This document shows positions 17,676-25,970 of a DNA stretch of 64,000 bases, piece by piece. Numbering within the stretch: position 1 is the stretch's first letter; each line of letters begins with the position of its first letter. The position numbers were made by a program, and so were the translations under genes. The notes beneath the pieces were generated by a model, which was not told the DNA's origin, made no database searches, and was given only the letters and a program-made list of their open reading frames with translations. Source of the stretch: Kiritimatiellia bacterium (GTDB lineage: Bacteria; Verrucomicrobiota; Kiritimatiellia; CAIVKH01); assembly GCA_039807095.1 (NCBI GenBank), contig JBDHQM010000003.1, positions 24,620-88,619 on the forward strand, in the 5' to 3' direction.

Positions 17676-18197
17676 ATGAAAAGTTGGATCGTAGCGTTAG
17701 CAGCGGGCGTAATCGTGAGTTGGGGCGTAACCGCGCATGCCGAAGACACCAGTGGACCGCATCGGCTCGGGCTCGGTGCACACTATTGGACGGCGGTGAA
17801 GGACATTGACGTCAAGGACGTGGATAAGGACGGCTTCTCCTGGGTCGCCACCTATCAATACAAACCCGGCGCCTTCGGTTTGGGACTTGATGTGGAATGG
17901 AAGGAAAAGGGGTTCGCCGGGTCTACGAAGGACGTCTATGAACCGCAGGCCTACCTGATTCTCGGGCGCGCACTGTACGCCGCGGCGGGAGTGGGTGGCT
18001 ACTACTCCGATAGCGAGTTTGCCAAGGATCCGTTCTATCTGTTCCGTGCAGGATTCGACCTGGAACTGCTTCCCTCGATTCGTCTCGATATCCACGCGAT
18101 CTACCGCTTTGAGGAGTGGAACGACCTCAAATCCGACGACCGGAACATTGACAGCGACACGATTACCGTCGGGGCCGCGCTTCGCATCGCCTTGTGA
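17676..18197 (+). CDS. Small outer-membrane beta-barrel protein
   Basis: Start at ATG 17676 with AAGGAG RBS. Signal peptide MKSWIVALAAGVIVSWGVTAHA. Alternating hydrophobic strands. Confidence 0.55.
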   Translation: MKSWIVALAAGVIVSWGVTAHAEDTSGPHRLGLGAHYWTAVKDIDVKDVDKDGFSWVATYQYKPGAFGLGLDVEWKEKGFAGSTKDVYEPQAYLILGRALYAAAGVGGYYSDSEFAKDPFYLFRAGFDLELLPSIRLDIHAIYRFEEWNDLKSDDRNIDSDTITVGAALRIAL

Positions 18198-18321
18198 TTC
18201 AGGAAGATGCACGCGCCGAGCTGCCAAAATAGACGATAAGTGCTTGCATAAACTTAAAGCTTTAACCAATCTTTTCTCAGTTCGGCCGTTTTTAGGTCGA
18301 ACTGGGAAAAGAGGTTAAGTT

Positions 18322-19026
18322 ATGGCGTGGTTTATCAATCGTCGGCGTTTTGTAGTCGGGCTGCTTCTGGGCGCCTTGCTGATTGGCGTAGGGGTATCTT
18401 CCTCAGTGGCGCAGGCCGCTTTGGACAATGCCGCTCTGCCGCGGATGAGCACCCCGGTAAAGAACATCTCCATAGTCGTTTTTGACACGGAGACGACCGG
18501 GCTGAGTCCGACCAAAGAACGCGTAATTGAGATCGGCGCAGTCAAAATCCTCAACGGCGCGGTTGTGGCGACCACAAACTGGCTGATCAACCCCGGGCGC
18601 GAGATTCCGAAGCGCGCCACGGACGTTCACGGCATCACCACCGAAATGGTGAAGGACAAGCCGACATTTGCTGAGGTCTATCCTCAGTTCCTGGAGTTTA
18701 TCGGCGATTCTCTCTTGATGGCGCACAATGCGCGGTTCGACGTGGACTTTATGCGCGCCGAAATCCTCCGCGCGGAACTTCCGCTCCCGAGTAATGCGAC
18801 GGTGGACACGCTCAAGCTGTTCCGCACGTGGTATCCCGAGTCCAAGTCGCACCGCATCGGTGCGCTGGTCGAATATATTGGTCTGAACACCGATGAAGAT
18901 CTGCATCGCGGCGATGTGGATGCAGAGGTGACCGGCCTCATATTCCTGGACGGGCTGAACAGGCATCCGCAGGTCAAGACGTTGCGCAAGCTGCTCGCCG
19001 ATGCCGGAGGATTGATCGTCTTCTAG
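18322..19026 (+). CDS. DnaQ/DEDDh-family 3'-5' exonuclease with N-terminal signal/anchor sequence
   Basis: Exo I VVFDTETTGL, Exo II LMAHNARFDVDFM, Exo III H-x4-D (HRGDVDAE). Preceded by the hydrophobic leader FVVGLLLGALLIGVGVSSSVAQA. Confidence 0.8.
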   Translation: MAWFINRRRFVVGLLLGALLIGVGVSSSVAQAALDNAALPRMSTPVKNISIVVFDTETTGLSPTKERVIEIGAVKILNGAVVATTNWLINPGREIPKRATDVHGITTEMVKDKPTFAEVYPQFLEFIGDSLLMAHNARFDVDFMRAEILRAELPLPSNATVDTLKLFRTWYPESKSHRIGALVEYIGLNTDEDLHRGDVDAEVTGLIFLDGLNRHPQVKTLRKLLADAGGLIVF

Positions 19027-19178
19027 TAGCCGCGCGGCTTTTGAAGCAAACCGGAATTGTCGTCCGACTGACGCCATTTCCGGTTTGCCTTTTAACCTCG
19101 GACTCTATGCAACACCCGCCTCGCAGGCTCCAAAGCTATTGCGGGGCAGAATACGTTGGAGCGAGAGTGGGTCCAAAT

Positions 19179-19478
19179 TTATGCGTGAGCCGGTTCAGCC
19201 TGGAGCTTGATTCCCAATGCGCCAATCACCTTTAGAATCGTGCTGAATTCAGGATTCCGTTCGCCGGATAGCGCCTTATAGAGACTTTCTCTCGAGAGGC
19301 CCGCGTCGCGCGCCACTTTCGCCATGCCTTGTGCGCGGGCAATATCTCCCAACGCTTTCGCAATGAAAGCAGCATCTCCATCCGCCTCTTCAATACAGGC
19401 TTGGAGATAGGCCGCCATTTCCTTGGGTGTGCGAAGGTGATCGGCCACGTCATATCGAGTTGTTTTTGTTTTGTTCAT
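19179..19478 (-). CDS. Addiction-module antidote protein (HigA/XRE-type HTH)
   Basis: DVADHLRTPKEMAAYL...GMAKVARDAGLSRESLYKALS matches the TIGR02684-type antidote. Lies downstream of the toxin, as in HigBA. Confidence 0.8.
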   Translation of the reverse strand: MNKTKTTRYDVADHLRTPKEMAAYLQACIEEADGDAAFIAKALGDIARAQGMAKVARDAGLSRESLYKALSGERNPEFSTILKVIGALGIKLQAEPAHA

Positions 19479-19488
19479 GAAATTTCCC

Positions 19489-19779
19489 TCACAGCCTGTG
19501 AGCGAGTTCTACAGCAAATTTTATATCAGCCACCTGCGTGCTCTTGTCTCCGCCAGCCAACAAGACAATAACTTCTCGGCCTTGCTTCTTGAAATAGACC
19601 CGATAGCCCGGCCCACAATTAATCCGCAATTCGGATACGCCTCCGCCAACCGGTTTTGCGTCACCAGCGAGCCCCATCCTAAGGCGCTCAATTCTGACTA
19701 GGATTCTTGCGCGCCCTTCAAGATCACGCAAATCGTCAAGCCATTGTGCAAAGGCCTCTGTCTTTCGGATTTGAATCAC
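19489..19779 (-). CDS. Addiction-module killer protein (RelE/HigB superfamily)
   Basis: IQIRKTEAFAQWLDDL...RIERL..G..GD.KPVGGGVSELRINCGPGYRVYF...LLAGGDKSTQ matches TIGR02683-type toxins. GTG 19779 is preferred over ATG 19797 because a TTGACA-16-TACAGT promoter overlaps the longer ORF. Confidence 0.8.
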   Translation of the reverse strand: MIQIRKTEAFAQWLDDLRDLEGRARILVRIERLRMGLAGDAKPVGGGVSELRINCGPGYRVYFKKQGREVIVLLAGGDKSTQVADIKFAVELAHRL

Positions 19780-19873
19780 GAGCAAACTGTATCCCATAGG
19801 ATACGACTGTCAAGTGGCTCGATCTCACCTCTTTTTGGGGCCAAGCCGCATTTGAAGTGGATTGAGCCGCGTG

Positions 19874-19902
19874 TTGACATAATGTACATAATAGTGTACA
19901 TT
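19874..19902 (+). promoter_or_regulatory. Sigma70-like promoter with two embedded TGTACA operator cores for the Phd-VapC operon
   Basis: TTGACA (19874-19879), 17-nt spacer, TACATT (19897-19902). TGTACA at 19883-19888 and 19895-19900, centres 12 bp apart. Confidence 0.55.
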
Positions 19903-19922
19903 CACGCACAGAGAGGTTGTTT

Positions 19923-20162
19923 ATGCTAACAGTCCCATTCACAGAGTTTCGTAAAAATGCGTCTGGTCTGTTGAATCGCGTTGAAAAGGGCGAAGCCTTG
20001 TTGCTCGTGCGGCATGGTCGGCCCATCGCGGAAATCCTTCCGGTGGCGACGAGTGACGGGCGTGTACCTTCGTGGAAGCGCCCGGCAATCAAGCTGACGG
20101 CCAAGGGCGCGCGGCTCTCTTCAGCGATTATTGAGGAACGGGCGCGTGAAGACGTTTTTTGA
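19923..20162 (+). CDS. Type II antitoxin, Phd/YefM family
   Basis: MLTVPFTEFRKNASGLLNRVEKGEALLLVRHGRPIAEI. GAGAGG RBS 6 nt before ATG 19923. Overlaps the PIN toxin gene. Confidence 0.8.
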   Translation: MLTVPFTEFRKNASGLLNRVEKGEALLLVRHGRPIAEILPVATSDGRVPSWKRPAIKLTAKGARLSSAIIEERAREDVF

Positions 20163-20559
20163 CTCTTCGGCTTTTGCGAAGCGATACATTGCTGAGCAGG
20201 GATCGGGAGAGGTTGATGCCATTTGTCAGAACACGGATGAATTGGCGCTCTGTGTCATTTGTGTTCCCGAGATCATTTCAGCGCTCAATCGCCGCGTTCG
20301 GGAGCGGAGTATCACCGCTGCGGAATATGTGTCGGTCAAAGATCAATTGATTCGGGATGTTCGCGATGCCGAAATCATCAACCTGACGGATGAGGTTGTT
20401 GCTCATTCCGTGTTGATCCTGGAGCGAAACGCAGTCAGGGCCATGGATTCACTGCATGTTGCGGCGGCATACGCATGGAAAGCGGATCTATTTGTCTCTT
20501 CCGATAAGCTCCAAATTCGAGCTGCCGGCAAATGTGGCCTGAAAACAAAACTCGTATAG
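20146..20559 (+). CDS. vapC: PIN-domain ribonuclease toxin VapC
   Basis: FFDSSAFAKRYI (first acidic residue) and AMDSLHVAAA are PIN features. GTG 20146 overlaps the antitoxin stop (20160-20162). Confidence 0.85.
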   Translation: MKTFFDSSAFAKRYIAEQGSGEVDAICQNTDELALCVICVPEIISALNRRVRERSITAAEYVSVKDQLIRDVRDAEIINLTDEVVAHSVLILERNAVRAMDSLHVAAAYAWKADLFVSSDKLQIRAAGKCGLKTKLV

Positions 20560-20621
20560 CGCGCGAACAGCGCCTCCTGCGAAACTTTGAGTTTGCGGCA
20601 GCGGGCTGCTAATACTGGCGC

Positions 20622-21710
20622 ATGAATCTTGCCTACTACATCACGGCCCACGGCTACGGACACGGTGCGCGTTCGTGCGACATTCTGCGCGCGCTGCGCG
20701 AGCAGGCGCCGGATGCGCCGATCCACGTTGTCACCGATCTGCCGCGCGATTTTCTGACTTCGCGTCTGCCGCCCGGGCCGTGGCATTTTCGAGCAGGTCG
20801 CTTTGACGTCGGCATGGTGCAGCTCGATTCAATTCGTGTGGACATTCCTGCCACGCTCCGCAACTGCCGCGCACTCCTCGAACAGGCGGATGCGCTGCGG
20901 CAACGCGAAGAGGTGTTTCTCGAGGAACACGAAATCGCTGCAGTCGTCTGCGACATCCCCGCCATCCCGCTGCAGGCGGCGCACGCGCGCGGCGTTCCTG
21001 CGCTTGCGGTGGGCAACTTTGCGTGGGATTGGATCTATGAAGACTTCGTCGCTTCCGACTCCGCGTGGCAGCCGGTCATCGCCGCGTTTCGCGCGGGCTA
21101 TTCACAGTGCGATTTGCTGATGCGCCTTCCGTTCGCTGAACCGATGGCGGCGTTTCCGCGGCGCGTGGACCTCGGCGTCCCCGCGCGGCCCGGACAGAAC
21201 CGGCGCGCAGAAATTGCCGCGGCGACTGGCGCGGATCCCACGAAGCGGTGGATTCTTCTCTCCTTCACCACACTGGATTGGGACGATGCGGCGCTGGATC
21301 GGGTACGCGCGTTGCGCGATTGGGAGTTTTTCACTGTGGAACCGCTCGGCTGGCCGGGCCCGAATTTTCACACTCTCCAACGACGGAACGTTTCGTATGC
21401 CGATGCCCTTGCCAGTTGCGATGCGGTCCTCACAAAGCCCGGTTTCGGTGTGCTCGCGGAATGCGCTGTAAATCAGAAACCCATGATCTACGTCGAGCGC
21501 ACCGACTTCCGCGAATACCCCGTTCTCGAAGCGGCCGTGAAGCGCTATTTCCGCCACGTCCACTTGCCTGCGGAACAACTCTATCGCGGAGAAATTCGCG
21601 CGGCGCTGGAGGCGATCGAGTCCGCGCCGCCGCCGCAGGAATCTGTCCGCGCGGGGGGCGATGCGGAAGCAGCTTCGATCATTCTCGACCACGCGCGTCG
21701 CGCGCGGTGA
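20622..21710 (+). CDS. GT-B fold glycosyltransferase-like protein
   Basis: The N-terminus AYYITAHGYGHGARSCDILRAL resembles the YY(V/I)tGHGfGHatR start of the glycosyltransferase-like domain of L-arabinokinase-type proteins. C-terminal half has KPGFGVLAEC. Confidence 0.5.
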   Translation: MNLAYYITAHGYGHGARSCDILRALREQAPDAPIHVVTDLPRDFLTSRLPPGPWHFRAGRFDVGMVQLDSIRVDIPATLRNCRALLEQADALRQREEVFLEEHEIAAVVCDIPAIPLQAAHARGVPALAVGNFAWDWIYEDFVASDSAWQPVIAAFRAGYSQCDLLMRLPFAEPMAAFPRRVDLGVPARPGQNRRAEIAAATGADPTKRWILLSFTTLDWDDAALDRVRALRDWEFFTVEPLGWPGPNFHTLQRRNVSYADALASCDAVLTKPGFGVLAECAVNQKPMIYVERTDFREYPVLEAAVKRYFRHVHLPAEQLYRGEIRAALEAIESAPPPQESVRAGGDAEAASIILDHARRAR

Positions 21711-21716
21711 CGCGGC

Positions 21717-22217
21717 TCAAAGCGGGATGTGTTCGAGTTGATCTGTCGCCAAATCGAGGATGGCGATGGAGGGCGGGTTGGCGCGCGTGACCGCGCCGGG
21801 ATTGATGACGCGCGTATGGCCGCTCCGCGAATCTTCCATCCGGTGCGTGTGCCCTGTGAGGACGTAATCGTTCGCGCCGCTCGAAATGGCCTGCAACAGT
21901 GCTTGGGCGAGATGGCCGTGGTGTACGGCAATCCGCTTGCCGTCCAGTTCAAGATTTGCCTGGAGGCCCCACATTTTCACAAACGGCCCCGCGCGATAGG
22001 CGCGGAGCGTCGGATTGTATTCGTCTACATTTCCCAGCACCGCGTGAAGCGGCACGCGGTGCGCGTCGCAGAGCGTCGCCAGTTCATCGAGCAACTCTTC
22101 ACTTCCGATGTCACCGCAGTGAATCACCGCGCCGACGTCGCGCGCGAGGAGTAGCTCCAGTGCGCGGATGGCGAGCGGGAGCTTGCCGTGTGTATCCGAA
22201 AGAATCCCGATTTTCAT
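21717..22217 (-). CDS. YfcE/MJ0936-family metallophosphoesterase
   Basis: Start at ATG 22217: MKIGILSDTHG, HCGDIG, LGNVD, VHHGH, LTGHTH, the full calcineurin-like motif set. Confidence 0.85.
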   Translation of the reverse strand: MKIGILSDTHGKLPLAIRALELLLARDVGAVIHCGDIGSEELLDELATLCDAHRVPLHAVLGNVDEYNPTLRAYRAGPFVKMWGLQANLELDGKRIAVHHGHLAQALLQAISSGANDYVLTGHTHRMEDSRSGHTRVINPGAVTRANPPSIAILDLATDQLEHIPL

Positions 22218-22255
22218 GCGCACGCTCCGACGAAAACTCTCCAGCGCGGACAAAC

Positions 22256-22302
22256 TTCCAATCCTTGGAAGTCGTTTCGTGCGCGACTTCCAAGCGTTGG
22301 AA
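22256..22302. repeat. Two phased TTCCAA-N3-TTGGAA palindromes
   Basis: ACTTCCAAtccTTGGAAGT at 22256-22270 and ACTTCCAAgcgTTGGAAGT at 22288-22302 (32-nt spacing), 39 nt upstream of the phosphoesterase start. Confidence 0.85.
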
Positions 22303-22335
22303 GTTCGACAGACGTTCGGGCGGCGGATGTGCGAT

Positions 22336-23217
22336 TCAGGCGCATGGCAGGGTGCGTTCGACGACGAATTCTTTTTTGGGGTCGGCGCGAATGATTGCGC
22401 CGTATGCGTCAGGGTCGTGATCGAACAGGAGGAGGATATTTTCGTTTGCGATACGGGGCAGCCATTCGCGCTTCCAGACTCGCGTGTCGAGCGGAAACGT
22501 GTCGTAGCTGGTTTGGAAGACCATGCGGAGGTTGTGCTGGGTGGGGCAGACGTCGCCGGCGAGGAGGAGCTGCGTGATGCCGGTGAAGTCGGCGGCGTGT
22601 GGGTGATCGAGTTTCAGCTCCGGATGTGCGATGCGAACGGCGCAGTGGCCGCGCGTGTGACCGGATGTGCGGTGCAGCCAGATGCCGGGGAGGATTTCCG
22701 CGATGTCGGGGGCGCTGAGGTTAAGTGTTGCGCCGCGCAGGGCGTCAATTGTTTCAGGCGGATAGGATTTGTAGAGGAGGGGATTGCTCGAGGTCGCGTC
22801 TTCCCATTCTTTTTCGTGGATGAAGAGTGTCGCGTTCGGGAATGTGCGTTCGCGCGCGAAGGCGGGCGGGGCGACGGCGCCGCCTGCGTGGTCCCAGTGG
22901 AGGTGGGTGAAGACGAGGAAATTGATCTGTTCCGGTTCGATTCCGCGCGTGCGCAGAGCATCGAGCAGGGGCCAGCCGGGGCCGAGACCGTGTAGAACGT
23001 TTTCTTTTTCGGAGAAGCGATCTGCCGAGCCGCAGCCGGTATCCACCAGGCCGATGCGTCCATCGTCGAGCTCGACGAGGAGGACGTGCGCGTGTTGCGC
23101 GATGCGGTTTTGGTCGTCCGGCGCGATGAGGCGGGACCAGATGGGCTTCGGCACGAGGCCGAACATTGTGCCGCCGTCGCTGGTGAAGGTGGAGGCGATG
23201 AGGGGCGTGACGCGCAT
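22336..23217 (-). CDS. MBL-fold metallo-hydrolase
   Basis: FTHLHWDHAGG (HxHxDH motif) plus downstream His/Asp ligand positions. Confidence 0.8.
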   Translation of the reverse strand: MRVTPLIASTFTSDGGTMFGLVPKPIWSRLIAPDDQNRIAQHAHVLLVELDDGRIGLVDTGCGSADRFSEKENVLHGLGPGWPLLDALRTRGIEPEQINFLVFTHLHWDHAGGAVAPPAFARERTFPNATLFIHEKEWEDATSSNPLLYKSYPPETIDALRGATLNLSAPDIAEILPGIWLHRTSGHTRGHCAVRIAHPELKLDHPHAADFTGITQLLLAGDVCPTQHNLRMVFQTSYDTFPLDTRVWKREWLPRIANENILLLFDHDPDAYGAIIRADPKKEFVVERTLPCA

Positions 23218-23233
23218 GGTGAGTCGCGATCGT

Positions 23234-23536
23234 TTACCGGAGGCGATCTACGCTGCGCTGGAGATCGTCGAGCCCGCGTTGGAGATCGCGAATCCGGTCG
23301 TCGAGTGAATCGGTGCCGTAGGACTGGGTATCGCCGAGGAAGCGCGAGATGGATTGCACTTTGCGTTCGAGCGCGGCGATGTGCGCGTCGAGTTCCTCGA
23401 GTTTCTTGAGGACGGCGGCGACATCCGTCGCCTGCGCTGCGGCGGGGGCGGGCTGTTTTTCAGCAGGTTCCTGCGCGAAAAGCACAGGCGCGCCGAGCAA
23501 CGCGGTGACGAGGCATAAAGCTGGAATACGTTTCAT
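23234..23536 (-). CDS. Small secreted coiled-coil protein
   Basis: Start at ATG 23536: MKRIPALCLVTALLGAPVLFA signal peptide, then heptad-like LKKLEELDAHIAALERKV...DLQRGLDDLQRSVDRL. Confidence 0.5.
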   Translation of the reverse strand: MKRIPALCLVTALLGAPVLFAQEPAEKQPAPAAAQATDVAAVLKKLEELDAHIAALERKVQSISRFLGDTQSYGTDSLDDRIRDLQRGLDDLQRSVDRLR

Positions 23537-23598
23537 GATCGAATCCTCCAGCGGCAGTCTAGCGCGGCGCGCGCGGGCAATCAATGCCTGTGCGCGTG

Positions 23599-24177
23599 TT
23601 AGCGAGTCTGTGCGGGGGGCGGGCGCGACGCTGGTGCGGACGCTTTGCCGTCGCCGCCTGCTTTGCGTGCGACGCCGGGGGTGATCATCATGAAAATGAA
23701 GCGGCCCATTTCTTCGGGCGAGCGCTCGGCGCGTCCCACGTCTTCGATGTCTTTCATCACGCGGCGCATGAGCTGGTGCCCGATTTCTTTGTGTGCCTGT
23801 TCGCGTCCACGGAACATCAGGGATGCTTTGACGCGGTGGCCTTCGCCGATGAACTGGCGGATCTGGCGCAGCTTGGTCTGGTAGTCGTGTTCGTCCACGT
23901 TGGGGTGGAATTTCACTTCTTTGATGCGCTGATTGGACTGATTTTTGCGCGCTTCTTTTTCTTTCTTGGCCAACTCAAATTTGTATTTGCCGAAATCCAT
24001 GATCCGGCAAACCGGCGGTTGGGCGGTGGGAGCAATCTCCACCAGGTCCAGGCTCTCGTGGCGCGCCCGTGTCAGCGCTTCATAGGTGCTCACAATACCG
24101 AGCTGTTCGCCATCCGGCCCGATGAGGCGTATGGATGGAACCCGGATCTGATTATTGACTCGAATGTACGTACGAAT
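23599..24177 (-). CDS. infC: Translation initiation factor IF-3, ATT start codon
   Basis: In-frame extension of the ORF reads IRTYIRVNNQIRVPSIRLIGPDGEQLGIVSTYEAL..., the canonical IF-3 N-domain. ATT at 24177 lies 6 nt after GGAGGGAG. Confidence 0.9.
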   Translation of the reverse strand: MRTYIRVNNQIRVPSIRLIGPDGEQLGIVSTYEALTRARHESLDLVEIAPTAQPPVCRIMDFGKYKFELAKKEKEARKNQSNQRIKEVKFHPNVDEHDYQTKLRQIRQFIGEGHRVKASLMFRGREQAHKEIGHQLMRRVMKDIEDVGRAERSPEEMGRFIFMMITPGVARKAGGDGKASAPASRPPPAQTR

Positions 24178-24203
24178 GACTACTCCCTCCGCTTATTTTC
24201 TCT

Positions 24204-25970
24204 CTATGCGCCGGCCGCGGCAACGGGTGCTGCGGTCCGGTTTGCTTCCTCTTCCTTTAGACGCGCCAACAACGCGTCCACCGATAGTGTACCCAAATCT
24301 CCCGCACCGCGCGCGCGCACGGCGACCAGATTCGCCTCGGCTTCGCGTCCGCCGACGACGAGCATGTAGGGAATCTTTTCCAGCTGCGCATCGCGGATGC
24401 GCGCGCCGATTTTTTCGGAGCGCTGATCCACGGTGACGCGGATATCCGCCGCGCGCAGTTTTTCCGCAACGGATTCTGCGTAGGCGGCCTGCTTGTCCGT
24501 GATGGGCAGCACGCGCACTTGCTCCGGTGCGAGCCAGAGCGGGAAGGCCCCGGCGTATTGCTCGACGAGAATGCCGAAGAAGCGCTCGATACTGCCGAAC
24601 AGCGCGCGGTGCACCATGTAGGGCTGATGCGGCTGGTTGTCGGAGCCGACGTAGGACAGGTTGAAGCGCTCGGGCAGGTTGAAATCGAATTGAATGGTGG
24701 TGCACTGCCATTCGCGGCCGATGCAGTCGCGAACCTTCATGTCAATCTTGGGCCCGTAGAACGCGCCGCCGCCTTCGTCCACTTCGTAGGGGATGCCTTC
24801 GAGTTTGAGTGCCTTTTCGAGTGACGCGGTGGCCTGCGCCCAGCGCGACTCGTCGCCGACGCTTTCGGCGGGGCGGGTGGCGAGATAGGCGGTGATTTCG
24901 GTGAAGCCAAAGGTCTTCCAGATGAAGTTAGAGAACCGGATCACGCGAATGATTTCGTCTTCGATTTGTTCGGATGTGCAGAAAATGTGCGCATCGTCCT
25001 GCGTGAAGCCGCGCACGCGGAGGAGGCCGTGCAGCACGCCCGCTTTTTCGTAGCGGTATACCGTGCCGAGCTCCGCCCAGCGCAGGGGTAGGTCGCGATA
25101 GGAACGTTTCTGGCTCTTATAGATTTCGATGTGGAACGGGCAGTTCATCGGTTTGATGAAGTACTCGTTTTCGTCAATCTTCATCGGCGCATACATGCTG
25201 TTCTTGTAGAAGCCGAGGTGACCGGAGGTCTCCCAGAGCATGCTGCGGCCGGTGTGCGGGGTGTAGAGCAGGTCGTAGCCGCCGCGGAAATGTTCTTTGC
25301 GCCAAAAATCCTCGATGATGCAGCGGATGCGCGCGCCTTTCGGGTGCCAATGGATCAGGCCGGGGCCGACGTCTTCCTGAATGCTGAAGAGGTCGAGCTC
25401 TTTGCCCAGCTTGCGGTGGTCGCGGAGTTTAGCTTCTTCGAGCAGGCGGAGATGATCGTCCAGCTCCTTCTGCGTCGTGAATGCGGTTGCATAGACGCGC
25501 TGGAGCATCGGATTGGTCTCTTTGCCGCGGTAGTAGGAGCCGGCGACATTGAGCAGTTTGAACGCCTTGATTTTGCCGGTGCTGGCGACGTGCGGGCCGC
25601 GGCAGAGGTCGAGGAATTCGCCGTTTTGATAGAACGTGATCGCTTCGCCTTCGGGAATGTCCGCCAGACGCTCAATTTTGTAGCGCTGGTGCATGCCGTT
25701 GATGAGTTTGGTGGCTTCTTCGCGGCTGACCTCGCGGCACTCGAAGGGCTGGTCTTCCGCAATGATCTTTGCCATCTCGGCTTCGATCTTCGGGAAGTCT
25801 TCCGGGCCGAGGCGGTGCTCGAGGTCAAAGTCGTAGTAGAAGCCCTCCTCCGTCGGAGGGCCGATGTCGAGTTGAACGTCAGAGCCAAACAGACGCCGCA
25901 CTGCGGCTGCCATCACGTGGGCAGCGCTGTGCCGCATCCGGTACAATTCACTAGCCGGATCGAGTTTCAT
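24204..25970 (-). CDS. thrS: Threonine--tRNA ligase (no N-terminal TGS domain)
   Basis: 588 aa. The editing-domain motif RHSAAHVMAAAV is already at residues 13-24. Class II catalytic core and anticodon-binding domain follow. Confidence 0.95.
   Translation of the reverse strand: MKLDPASELYRMRHSAAHVMAAAVRRLFGSDVQLDIGPPTEEGFYYDFDLEHRLGPEDFPKIEAEMAKIIAEDQPFECREVSREEATKLINGMHQRYKIERLADIPEGEAITFYQNGEFLDLCRGPHVASTGKIKAFKLLNVAGSYYRGKETNPMLQRVYATAFTTQKELDDHLRLLEEAKLRDHRKLGKELDLFSIQEDVGPGLIHWHPKGARIRCIIEDFWRKEHFRGGYDLLYTPHTGRSMLWETSGHLGFYKNSMYAPMKIDENEYFIKPMNCPFHIEIYKSQKRSYRDLPLRWAELGTVYRYEKAGVLHGLLRVRGFTQDDAHIFCTSEQIEDEIIRVIRFSNFIWKTFGFTEITAYLATRPAESVGDESRWAQATASLEKALKLEGIPYEVDEGGGAFYGPKIDMKVRDCIGREWQCTTIQFDFNLPERFNLSYVGSDNQPHQPYMVHRALFGSIERFFGILVEQYAGAFPLWLAPEQVRVLPITDKQAAYAESVAEKLRAADIRVTVDQRSEKIGARIRDAQLEKIPYMLVVGGREAEANLVAVRARGAGDLGTLSVDALLARLKEEEANRTAAPVAAAGA

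Noticed and set aside
19045-19087. Long-loop hairpin GCAAACCGGAA...TTCCGGTTTGC after the exonuclease gene, considered as a terminator
   Set aside because: It has an 11-bp stem but a 21-nt loop and only a short T tract. It is plausible but too atypical to list as a feature.
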